Program-made: the position numbers and the translations under genes
The notes under the pieces: generated by a model
What the model was told of the DNA's origin: nothing
Database searches by the model: none
Seen by the model: the letters and a program-made list of their open reading frames with translations, nothing else
Virus genome (UHGV): UHGV-0313617
Direction: 5' to 3' (one strand)
Origin: a virus
DNA length: 11,099 nucleotides
Part shown: piece after piece, positions 1 to 6,508 of the stretch
How the letters are laid out: each line of letters begins with the position of its first letter
Numbering within the stretch: position 1 is the first letter of the stretch

Positions 1-80
1 AGGCAAAATGCAACGGCGCTAACCAATAAGAGACAATGAGACGGGAATTATTATTACACGCGTGCGCGCCCGTTTCAATA

Positions 81-109
81 TCCAAAGGATTTGACACCTT
101 TCGGTTTTA
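81..109 (+). promoter_or_regulatory. Sigma70-like promoter candidate upstream of the first gene
   Basis: TTGACA (81-86), 17-nt spacer, TAGTTT (104-109). A GAGGG Shine-Dalgarno lies at 139-143, 7 nt before the ATG at 151. Confidence 0.5.
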
Positions 110-150
110 GGTGTAGTTTCGTTGGTCATTAACCAACTGAGGGCAGAGCA

Positions 151-480
151 ATGAATGTAAACGACGCAATCGAAATGTTAACGCAGACTGTTAGCAGTGA
201 AACAAGCCGGTCATGGGCTTATACCGATGCCGTTGGGGCGGTGCTGTTTGAGGTCGAGCGCCTGCGCAGTGTAGAAAAAGAATTACGCGCCAGGCTGGAA
301 TTGCTCAACGGTACGGCGGCGAGCAAGCTGCAAAAACACAATGAGGAAATGGAAGAATACAAAAAGCAGGTTATCCGTTTGCGCGCCGAGGGCAAATCAT
401 GGGCAATGATTGCCGAGTTGACCGGAATTAATCAGAGCACAGTGCGCTCCTGGGTACGCAATAATAAAACTTCTAAGTAA
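151..480 (+). CDS. Small putative DNA-binding protein with a C-terminal helix-turn-helix
   Basis: 109-aa ORF with a promoter and RBS upstream. C-terminus (GKSWAMIAELTGINQSTVRSWVRN) looks like a short HTH. It sits 10 nt upstream of the replication gene. Confidence 0.6.
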   Translation: MNVNDAIEMLTQTVSSETSRSWAYTDAVGAVLFEVERLRSVEKELRARLELLNGTAASKLQKHNEEMEEYKKQVIRLRAEGKSWAMIAELTGINQSTVRSWVRNNKTSK

Positions 481-490
481 GGCCGCGGCA

Positions 491-2755
491 ATGAGCTTAA
501 TTAAATTCGCTGTAACAAGACCCGCTAAAAAAGGCGAAAAAGCCAGGGCGGAAAACTTCCAGATGACCACCGATGAATTTTTCGAATTTATCAAAGATGC
601 GAAAGAAATCTCCTCGGTGCATATCAACAAGACGGAAGATAAAGCCGAGTATGCGCGCCGCAAGCGTAAGGCCGACGGCATCGTGGCGTATACCAGTGAC
701 GGATTGCGTCGTAAGACCAGTGCGGTGGACCGCTCGATCCTGTTCTTCGATATCGACCGTACCGACACCCGCACCCTACGCCGCTGCCGTAAGGCGTTCA
801 TTGACGCGGGTCTGGAACATGTGTTTCACACCACAACCGGCGACCGTCACCCGCTTAAAGGTGGAACGCGTTGCGCTCGATTCCTGGTGCTCACTGACAA
901 GCCTGTACCGGCTGAAGACCTGGGCCGCGTCCAGTATGCACTATTACACCAACTGGGTCTGTCAGATGTGGACTTCGACGATTGCACGAAAGACACAAAC
1001 CGCCTGATGTACCTGCCACACCAGCAGTCTGTTATTAAGTGCCACTATGGCAAGCGCGCCCGCGTCCGTCGTCTGCTCCGCCTGGCTGACAAGCTGGGGG
1101 TGGAAAAAGAGGAAGTACGCCGCGAGCTTACCCAGGGCGACGACGCAGTGGCAGACGGTATTCTGGACTGGTGCTTCCAGGCAGGATTCGAGGAGTTATC
1201 TTCCGGGCGGGGCTATGAAGTGCCGTGCCCGAACGAACATCTGCACAGCGGCGAAGGGTCCACCGCTATTATGGTCAAGGATGGCGAGATCCGTTTCAAG
1301 TGTATGCACACCGGCAACGAGTGTTGCTCGGAACTGAACAGACACCAGCACCTGGCGCTGCGTCTTATCGGGATCCCGGACCACCTGAACGTCGAGCCAC
1401 ACAATATGTCCCGTAAGCAAATCGCCGCCATCCTTCCGGGGCTGGACGACGAGGAAGTCGAATCCTTATATGAACATATTGTTGATGCGGTTGGCGACGG
1501 CGAAGAATACGGCGTGTGCACCGATGCGGATCTGGATAACGAGCCGGTTGCGCTGTTCAGTAAGCACGACCCGATTATCGAGGGGTTGATTAACTTTAAA
1601 TCGACCTGGTACATGGCGGGTGAGTCGAATATAGGTAAGTCTTTCTACGTGCTGGGCCAGATGGGCGCGGTTGCCGCGGGTATTCCGTTTGGCGGTGCGA
1701 AGGTCGTCCAGTCTCATTGCTTCTATTTTGACGCGGAAGGTGGCGAAGCCTCCAACCAGCGTAAAGAAGCATTGCAGATTAAATATGAGCACGACCTGGA
1801 CAAGCTGCACATTATAGACCTGCAGTCACGCGGCTGGGATATCACCAGCAAATCAGGCTTGCGCGAAGTTATCAGCTTTATCAACCGCACCGCTAACGGC
1901 GAACCGGTTGGCCTGGTGGCGTTCGACTCACTCAACCAGACTGTTGCGTTGCGGTCCGCTGATGCTAAACCGTTCGACGAGAACAACGCCAGCGATATGG
2001 GTGAAGTGGTCAAAGCGCTGAAGGCCATCGCGGAAAATACAGGTGGCAGTGCGGGCGTCATCCACCACCCGGCTAAAGGTGCAAACGGCAGCAGAACGCC
2101 ACGCGGGTCCGGCGCGCTGCATGGTGCTGTCGATTCTGCGTTCTTCCTGGAACAGCCGGACGACAACCAGCCCGGACAATTGAACCTGTATCACGAAAAG
2201 TCACGTAACGGCATCAAGCAAGCGCCGCGCGGCTTCGTCCTGCTCAAGTGCAAGGTGAAGGTGGATCTCCGCAAGTCAGAAGCGTTCGAGGCGCACCAGT
2301 CCACCAGCACCGGGCCAGACTTTGGCGACGTGGTTGCCGGATGGGACGTCAAGCCGATTGCCTCCACGCCACGCGACGAGACTCTCTACCTCGTACCGGT
2401 TGCCCTGGCACCTTTCGCTATTGAACAGGCGAAGGCGGCGGGCAAGGCCGCGGTTAAGGAAGAGAACACCGCCGGACCGCGCAACGAAAAAGAGAAAGTG
2501 CTTTATGCGGCACTGGAAAAACTGATGGAAGATAACCCGGACCATACTGGATTCAGTAAATCGGCAATTGTCCGCCAGGCGGGACTCGCAAAAGGGGGCA
2601 CGTCGACGAAGGCAATCGACGATATGGTGGAGCGCGGAGTAATAGGTTTTTATACCGATCCGCACACCGGGGCCCTCTATGGGTCGTCTAATTTGGTCAT
2701 CAAATCGGATATCCCTATCACGCTTTCAGCGACCGATGACGATTTAAAAGATTAA
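491..2755 (+). CDS. Replication protein: primase-polymerase-like N-terminal domain, Cys/His zinc-ribbon, RecA-like (AAA_25/RepA-type) ATPase, C-terminal putative winged-helix domain
   Basis: 754-aa ORF. Acidic DxD motif ILFFDIDRTD (nt ~741-764). Cys/His cluster CPNEHLHSG...FKCMHTGNECC (nt ~1225-1325). Walker A GESNIGKS (nt 1619-1642) and Walker B-like LVAFDSL. C-terminal ~100 aa look like a small helical DNA-binding domain. Confidence 0.85.
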   Translation: MSLIKFAVTRPAKKGEKARAENFQMTTDEFFEFIKDAKEISSVHINKTEDKAEYARRKRKADGIVAYTSDGLRRKTSAVDRSILFFDIDRTDTRTLRRCRKAFIDAGLEHVFHTTTGDRHPLKGGTRCARFLVLTDKPVPAEDLGRVQYALLHQLGLSDVDFDDCTKDTNRLMYLPHQQSVIKCHYGKRARVRRLLRLADKLGVEKEEVRRELTQGDDAVADGILDWCFQAGFEELSSGRGYEVPCPNEHLHSGEGSTAIMVKDGEIRFKCMHTGNECCSELNRHQHLALRLIGIPDHLNVEPHNMSRKQIAAILPGLDDEEVESLYEHIVDAVGDGEEYGVCTDADLDNEPVALFSKHDPIIEGLINFKSTWYMAGESNIGKSFYVLGQMGAVAAGIPFGGAKVVQSHCFYFDAEGGEASNQRKEALQIKYEHDLDKLHIIDLQSRGWDITSKSGLREVISFINRTANGEPVGLVAFDSLNQTVALRSADAKPFDENNASDMGEVVKALKAIAENTGGSAGVIHHPAKGANGSRTPRGSGALHGAVDSAFFLEQPDDNQPGQLNLYHEKSRNGIKQAPRGFVLLKCKVKVDLRKSEAFEAHQSTSTGPDFGDVVAGWDVKPIASTPRDETLYLVPVALAPFAIEQAKAAGKAAVKEENTAGPRNEKEKVLYAALEKLMEDNPDHTGFSKSAIVRQAGLAKGGTSTKAIDDMVERGVIGFYTDPHTGALYGSSNLVIKSDIPITLSATDDDLKD

Positions 2756-2830
2756 ATTCTGCGCGCATTGGTTGCCGATATGGGAATTCCCATATCGGTA
2801 AAAGATTAAATTCTGCGCGCATTGGTTGCC
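2745..2830. repeat. Two identical 32-bp direct repeats flanking a 20-bp perfect palindrome
   Basis: TAAAAGATTAAATTCTGCGCGCATTGGTTGCC at 2745-2776 and 2799-2830. The first copy overlaps the stop codon of the replication gene. Between them lies GATATGGGAATTCCCATATC (2777-2796), a perfect palindrome. Each repeat holds the 8-bp palindrome TGCGCGCA and ends in ATTGGTTGCC. Confidence 0.9.
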
Positions 2831-2915
2831 ATTTTGAGTGTTTTTATCTGGTCGTATTGGTTGCCGTGTAGTGTAAATATAGTGAATAGTTATGCAATAA
2901 AACTGCATAAAGTAA

Positions 2916-3018
2916 GCGGGACAAAAAGCGGGACAGACCAGGGGCGGGACAAAGCGGGACAGCACCCCTGTCCCGCCCCGGATGACGCGGCCTGGCGAGG
3001 AGCGGGACAGCGGGACAG
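2916..3018. repeat. Array of seven GCGGGACA(G/A) iteron-like repeats including a perfect 9-bp-stem hairpin
   Basis: Copies at 2916, 2928, 2944, 2954, 3002 and 3010 (forward) and 2968-2976 (inverted). 2954-2976 reads GCGGGACAG-caccc-CTGTCCCGC. An AT-rich stretch (2866-2915) precedes the array. Confidence 0.85.
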
Positions 3019-3024
3019 CACCCC

Positions 3025-3073
3025 AGTCTTTCAGACTAGACGGGGGGTCTGGCACCCCCCTCGTCTGAGACTG
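3025..3073. repeat. Imperfect inverted repeat / hairpin with a GGGGGG...CCCCCC core
   Basis: CAGTCTTTCAGACTAGACGGGGGG-tctggca-CCCCCCTCGTCTGAGACTG. The arms CAGTCT/AGACTG, CAGAC/GTCTG and G6/C6 pair, with bulges. Confidence 0.7.
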
Positions 3074-3232
3074 CATAAAATCCGGGATTGCATAATACAC
3101 GGCAACAAGATGCGAATTGCGGTCGTCGATGAACTAGGCAACCAATGCGAGTTGCAGAATGGTGGGTGAAAAATGCAGTTTGCAGTTTCAGCAGATAGCG
3201 ATCAACTTTTTCATACGCGTGATTAATATTGG

Positions 3233-3261
3233 TTGCGCCCACCCCAGCACCCTGCTATATT
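3233..3261 (+). promoter_or_regulatory. Promoter candidate for the downstream small-gene cluster, overlapped by ATTGGTTGC motifs
   Basis: TTGCGC (3233-3238), 17-nt spacer, TATATT (3256-3261). ATTGGTTGC copies at 3228-3237 and 3259-3268 overlap the -35 and the -10/+1 region. Confidence 0.4.
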
Positions 3262-3289
3262 GGTTGCACACCAACATGAGGACTGAACG

Positions 3290-3595
3290 ATGAGAGCTTT
3301 AATCTGGAATTACACAATGGCGGTGGCGAAGCTGTATGAAGCGAAGCACACAGACAGCAACGCAGACGACGCGCGCCAGGTTGTCATCCTGGCCCAGCAG
3401 GGAATCATGCACGCGTTCGATGATATGTTTGCCAGCCTGGACGAACTGGAACCGCTGCGCGTGGCAATCTGCGAATATGCGATGGCTTTTGCCCGCGAGC
3501 GCCTGGCGTATCGCTTCGGGATCGGTGAGACGGCAGTGACAAACGTCGCCCGGATTAAAGCCCAGCGCGAGCTATTCGCCCAGCTTGCGAAATAA
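3290..3595 (+). CDS. Hypothetical protein
   Basis: 101-aa ORF with a GAGGA Shine-Dalgarno 7 nt upstream of the ATG. No recognisable motif. Confidence 0.6.
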   Translation: MRALIWNYTMAVAKLYEAKHTDSNADDARQVVILAQQGIMHAFDDMFASLDELEPLRVAICEYAMAFARERLAYRFGIGETAVTNVARIKAQRELFAQLAK

Positions 3596-3604
3596 GGGGG
3601 CAAA

Positions 3605-3874
3605 ATGGACCGCAGACGCGCAAAACGGCTTTCCTGGAGCATTAGCCTGCATTGCGTACGAATATGGGCTGAGAATGCGAATGAGGGCGATTCTGTGTTC
3701 TGGAGTTATCGCGACGATGTGAAGCCATTAACGCAGACCCGCTACTTGCGCCAGTTCGCAGCGAAGCACGGATTCTATGTGCGGACTTCCTTGCAACCAA
3801 TGGGTGTTCGTATTACATTACGCCGGAAGCCTGCCATTGAGCGGGCAGGAAAACACTGGAGACTGAGCAAATGA
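3605..3874 (+). CDS. Hypothetical basic protein
   Basis: 89-aa ORF with an AGGGGG Shine-Dalgarno just upstream. Arg/Lys-rich. Its stop overlaps the next start (ATGA). Confidence 0.6.
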   Translation: MDRRRAKRLSWSISLHCVRIWAENANEGDSVFWSYRDDVKPLTQTRYLRQFAAKHGFYVRTSLQPMGVRITLRRKPAIERAGKHWRLSK

Positions 3875-4035
3875 ACAAGCAACCTGAACGCTGGCGGAGT
3901 AAGGCCACGCGACTGACTTACTTCGTGACAGAAGAAGCAAACGGCAACGTGACTATTTCACACCCTAAGTGTGGTACTCGCCGCACTATCTCGCGCCTCA
4001 CATTAGTTCGTAACTACAGGAGATTGACAGAATGA
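3871..4035 (+). CDS. Hypothetical small protein (54 aa)
   Basis: Not in the supplied ORF track; read by hand as MNKQPERWRSKATRLTYFVTEEANGNVTISHPKCGTRRTISRLTLVRNYRRLTE. ATGA overlap with the upstream gene (3871-3874) and with the downstream gene (4032-4035). GGAG lies 9 nt upstream. Confidence 0.45.
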   Translation: MNKQPERWRSKATRLTYFVTEEANGNVTISHPKCGTRRTISRLTLVRNYRRLTE

Positions 4036-4571
4036 AAATGATATTCCGCAATAAGCATAATGGGAGATTCCTTACCCCGATTGAAGTGCTGCCGAACTAT
4101 GTTCGCATGTACCATGAAGCCAGCGACCGCGTATTCTGGTACAAGAAAGCCACCCTGCATGAGCATTTGCAGGTAGTGCACCATGACGTCCGCGTAGGTG
4201 ATGTGCTGCGTGATGTGCGTGACGGGTCGCTGTTAGAGGTGCTCCGCGTGAGCACGGACGGCGTTATGCTGCGCAGTGGTAAAACACAACGCGGCGTTCT
4301 GCTCACGGGCCTGGTGAATTACGCCCGCGTAGGCCGTAACTATAAACTTAAGCGCCCTGGTGTAGTGGCGAAAGAGATCACCCGTACGGAACACCCATAT
4401 ACCAAATACGACGAGCGCAAGGTGCGCGAGCATATCGACAACGCCAGGGCGCAAGCTGCCGCCATGATTCAGGCTGGCAACGATGCCAAACGATTTGGGA
4501 TTGGTGTTATTCTGGTCTACCCCGACGGCAGCATGAAGTCTACCGATCCGCGCGGGGTCATTCAGAAATGA
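4032..4571 (+). CDS. Hypothetical protein
   Basis: 179-aa ORF with an AGGAG Shine-Dalgarno at 4018-4022, 9 nt before the ATG. Protein-like composition and no Cys. No recognisable motif. Confidence 0.65.
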   Translation: MKMIFRNKHNGRFLTPIEVLPNYVRMYHEASDRVFWYKKATLHEHLQVVHHDVRVGDVLRDVRDGSLLEVLRVSTDGVMLRSGKTQRGVLLTGLVNYARVGRNYKLKRPGVVAKEITRTEHPYTKYDERKVREHIDNARAQAAAMIQAGNDAKRFGIGVILVYPDGSMKSTDPRGVIQK

Positions 4572-4708
4572 GTGCGACGATCCGGGATATGCTTCAGCAT
4601 AACCGCTTTGAGATAGGCGGTCGGGTATTTCGCAATTACTTCGTGGCGCGTGCATGGGCGCGCCATATTGGCAAGCCGGAAGGGGCAATTCGATGCTACA
4701 CGATTTGA
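4568..4708 (+). CDS. Hypothetical small protein (46 aa)
   Basis: Read by hand: MSATIRDMLQHNRFEIGGRVFRNYFVARAWARHIGKPEGAIRCYTI. Its ATG overlaps the stop of the upstream gene (ATGA at 4568-4571). No strong Shine-Dalgarno, so it would depend on translational coupling. Confidence 0.35.
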   Translation: MSATIRDMLQHNRFEIGGRVFRNYFVARAWARHIGKPEGAIRCYTI

Positions 4709-4980
4709 TATATTGGTTTGGATTGGGGTGTGCGACACTCTTTGCTATGGTGCTGGCGCTGTTGGTGTGGGTCTTCCTGATTTGGCCCGCTGTGGAAGCT
4801 GCCAGTATTACCCGCATGACGTTCCAGATATACAAGCGCCGTGGAATCACGGAGCACCCGACCAGGTTGCGCATGTGGTGGCTGTGGTATCGCGATATGA
4901 TAGGGGGCCGGATGTTCGAGGCCGTCCGATCGGAAGGGTGGGAGTGGAAAGGCGTCGGCAAGTGGTCCATTTTCGATTAA
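4693..4980 (+). CDS. Hypothetical single-pass membrane protein with a Trp/Arg-rich C-terminal region
   Basis: AAGGGG Shine-Dalgarno at 4681-4686, 6 nt before the ATG at 4693. One hydrophobic helix (IYWFGLGCATLFAMVLALLVWVFLIW). The track's longer version starts at 4654 in the same frame but has no RBS. Confidence 0.55.
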   Translation: MLHDLIYWFGLGCATLFAMVLALLVWVFLIWPAVEAASITRMTFQIYKRRGITEHPTRLRMWWLWYRDMIGGRMFEAVRSEGWEWKGVGKWSIFD

Positions 4981-4997
4981 TTATGCAAGCGTGATAT

Positions 4998-5032
4998 AGT
5001 CCCAGTGAGATAAAACTTACTGGGACTTTTTT
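4998..5032 (+). terminator. Rho-independent terminator candidate directly abutting the holin start codon
   Basis: Stem AGTCCCAGT (4998-5006) pairs with ACTGGGACT (5017-5025), followed by TTTTTT (5026-5032). The next base is the ATG at 5033. Confidence 0.6.
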
Positions 5033-5323
5033 ATGGATAAGCTAAACGAGTGGTTATTCGCCCTTGCGTGTCTTGCTGGTGGCTTCGTAGGCGCACGCAT
5101 TCATGGCGAGGCAACGAAAGGGCCGTTGAACTTCGTTTTATATATCGTGGTTGGCTTCCTGTGTGCCATATTTGGTGCTCCAGCTATTGCCGAGTGGTCT
5201 GGTTTGTCTGGCGAGCGCACTGTCGCCGGTTTGGGCTTCGTAACTGCCATCTTCTGGATGCCAATAGCTGACCGGATCCGGGAGACAATTGCGACGCTAC
5301 ACCTTCCGGGGGGCGCGAAATGA
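5033..5323 (+). CDS. Putative holin (three predicted transmembrane segments, charged C-terminus)
   Basis: 96 aa. Hydrophobic segments WLFALACLAGGFVGA, LNFVLYIVVGFLCAIFGAPAIA and VAGLGFVTAIFWMPIA. Sits immediately upstream of the endolysin. Stop overlaps the next start (ATGA). Confidence 0.7.
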   Translation: MDKLNEWLFALACLAGGFVGARIHGEATKGPLNFVLYIVVGFLCAIFGAPAIAEWSGLSGERTVAGLGFVTAIFWMPIADRIRETIATLHLPGGAK

Positions 5324-5565
5324 TTATTACCGTCCTGTTGTTTGTTATCATAGGGGCTTCGTCCCTGTTTAACGTGTATGCGCCGTCCGTCCAGGACGGC
5401 ATCTTAGGCCGGGTGTTGTATCTGTTAACGGCAATGGTCTGTATTATCGGATTGTTGCAAACAGGAGACGTATCAGATACCACCTGGACCGCGTTAATCT
5501 GGCTGTTTGCATTGCGCACCCTGCGTAATGCTGTTTTGAATGGGGTAAAACATGCGATTCAGTGA
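5320..5565 (+). CDS. Second holin-like small membrane protein (holin, antiholin or partner)
   Basis: 81 aa with 2-3 hydrophobic segments (IITVLLFVIIGASSLF, ILGRVLYLLTAMVCIIGLL, WTALIWLFAL) and a basic C-terminus. Overlaps both neighbours. Confidence 0.65.
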   Translation: MIITVLLFVIIGASSLFNVYAPSVQDGILGRVLYLLTAMVCIIGLLQTGDVSDTTWTALIWLFALRTLRNAVLNGVKHAIQ

Positions 5566-6043
5566 CAACGGTCTACGATTTACGGCAGCCTGGGAGGCAT
5601 TCAGCCCAGTGCCGTATTTCGCGACCAAGAAAGAGCAGGCCCGCGGCCTGTACACCTGGGGCTATGGTCACACCGGCACTAATCCGCCACGAAGCATTAC
5701 CCGTGCGGAAGCGCTGGAACTGCTCAAGCGAGATGTGGCGTATGCCGAGGACTGGGTGAACAAATACGCACATCCGAGCATTAACCAGGCGCAATTCGAC
5801 GCGCTGGTGGATCTGGTAATCAACGCCGGTCCTGGTCCGATCGTGCCGGATGACGTCGCGAACGATTTCGATGATGCGGTGCGACTGGGCGACTGGGCGA
5901 AGGTCCGTGCTATTCTGCCGCAGTTCCGCAAGCAAGGCGGATCGGTGCTCTTAGGTCTGGTCCGTCGCGCAATCGGCAGGCAAGCACTATTCGAGGGTAA
6001 GCAGTGGGACGTTGCCGAGAAAATCGGGCGTAACGCAGCATAA
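5552..6043 (+). CDS. Endolysin, phage lysozyme (glycoside hydrolase family 24-like)
   Basis: 163 aa. Motifs typical of T4/P22-type lysozymes as I recall them: N-terminal Glu (WEAF), GYGHTG, NQAQFDALVDLVINAG, and a C-terminal RRAIGRQALF. Positioned after the holin genes. Confidence 0.8.
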   Translation: MRFSDNGLRFTAAWEAFSPVPYFATKKEQARGLYTWGYGHTGTNPPRSITRAEALELLKRDVAYAEDWVNKYAHPSINQAQFDALVDLVINAGPGPIVPDDVANDFDDAVRLGDWAKVRAILPQFRKQGGSVLLGLVRRAIGRQALFEGKQWDVAEKIGRNAA

Positions 6044-6059
6044 TACGAGGTAACACAGT

Positions 6060-6473
6060 ATGTTAAAAAGCATTCTTGATCATAACGCCGACGCACTTGC
6101 TGCACTGGCTAAAACCGAAGACCCTGGCGCACGCGCTATCATCGCGGACACTATCAGCCATGCAGGCGTCTTTGACGCTAAGCTGCCGAGTGTTCCGGAA
6201 AGAAAGCCCGTGAAAAGTGCTACCGTGACTATCACACCGAATTCAGTCGCAGTTGACGGAACGGCTACTGCTTCTGTTGACGTCTTGCCCGCTGACGCGA
6301 CTAACAAGACAGGGGTCTGGGTGTCTACGAACCCTGCCGGTGCAGAAATCGATGCAAAAACTGGCAAAATCACAGCAAAATCGGCAGGTGGCGTTTATAT
6401 GTTTTGGGTGGCTGCCGACGGTAGTGGGGTGCTGGGGTCTGCGACCATCAACGTAACGGAAAAAGTAGAATAA
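6060..6473 (+). CDS. Big_2 (bacterial Ig-like) domain protein of unknown role
   Basis: 137 aa with a GAGG Shine-Dalgarno 9 nt upstream. The C-terminal ~85 aa (ATVTITPNSVAVDGTATASVDVLPADATNKTGVWVSTNPAGAEIDAKTGKITAKSAGGVYMFWVAADGSGVLGSATINVT) match the Big_2 beta-sandwich pattern. No signal peptide or transmembrane segment. Confidence 0.7.
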   Translation: MLKSILDHNADALAALAKTEDPGARAIIADTISHAGVFDAKLPSVPERKPVKSATVTITPNSVAVDGTATASVDVLPADATNKTGVWVSTNPAGAEIDAKTGKITAKSAGGVYMFWVAADGSGVLGSATINVTEKVE

Positions 6474-6479
6474 AACACA

Positions 6480-6503
6480 AGCCCGGAATCAACCGGGCTT
6501 TTT
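6480..6503 (+). terminator. Rho-independent terminator after the lysis cassette
   Basis: Stem AGCCCGG (6480-6486), loop AATCAA, stem CCGGGCT (6493-6499), then a T-run to 6503. Confidence 0.75.
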
Positions 6504-6508
6504 ATTGC

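Noticed and set aside
573-2525. Alternative-frame + strand ORFs inside the replication gene (573..1007, 1047..1337, 1225..1416, 2322..2525)
   Set aside because: They overlap a long ORF with conserved enzymatic motifs, and their products are Arg/Ser/Thr-rich in the way off-frame readings of GC-rich coding DNA usually are.
2916-3018. GCGGGACAG repeat array considered as a CRISPR array
   Set aside because: Repeats are only 9 bp with irregular 8-48 bp spacing and one inverted copy. This does not fit CRISPR repeat-spacer geometry.
2822-3169. 115-aa + strand ORF, and minus-strand ORFs at 2744..3100 and 3036..3242, across the repeat region
   Set aside because: They translate straight through the GCGGGACAG iterons and hairpins, giving repetitive low-complexity peptides (GTKSGTDQGRDKAGQ). 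No Shine-Dalgarno. The region is better explained as structured non-coding DNA.
3173-3226. 17-codon ORF (MQFAVSADSDQLFHTRD) in the non-coding region
   Set aside because: Too short, with no convincing RBS. It overlaps the promoter candidate and an ATTGGTTGC site.
2745-3289. Repeat region considered as a pac or cos packaging site
   Set aside because: It lies about 4 kb upstream of the small terminase and directly after the replication gene. Packaging sites are normally in or next to the small terminase gene. Not excluded, but an origin or regulatory role is more economical.
4233-4970. 245-aa minus-strand ORF
   Set aside because: It lies antisense to + strand ORFs that have RBSs and start-stop coupling. 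Its peptide is low-complexity with no motif. Long antisense ORFs are expected by chance in GC-rich DNA.
4650-4994. 114-aa + strand ORF in a different frame from 4693..4980
   Set aside because: No RBS, and an Arg/Gly/Val-rich composition typical of off-frame translation. The frame with the AAGGGG Shine-Dalgarno and a clean transmembrane helix is preferred.
6253-6456. Embedded + 1-frame ORF with a lipobox-like LLLLLTSC, considered as an Rz1-type o-spanin
   Set aside because: The hydrophobic stretch is only about 5 residues, too short for a lipoprotein signal peptide. The mature part is not Pro-rich. The enclosing protein has no N-terminal transmembrane segment, so it cannot be the Rz-like partner.
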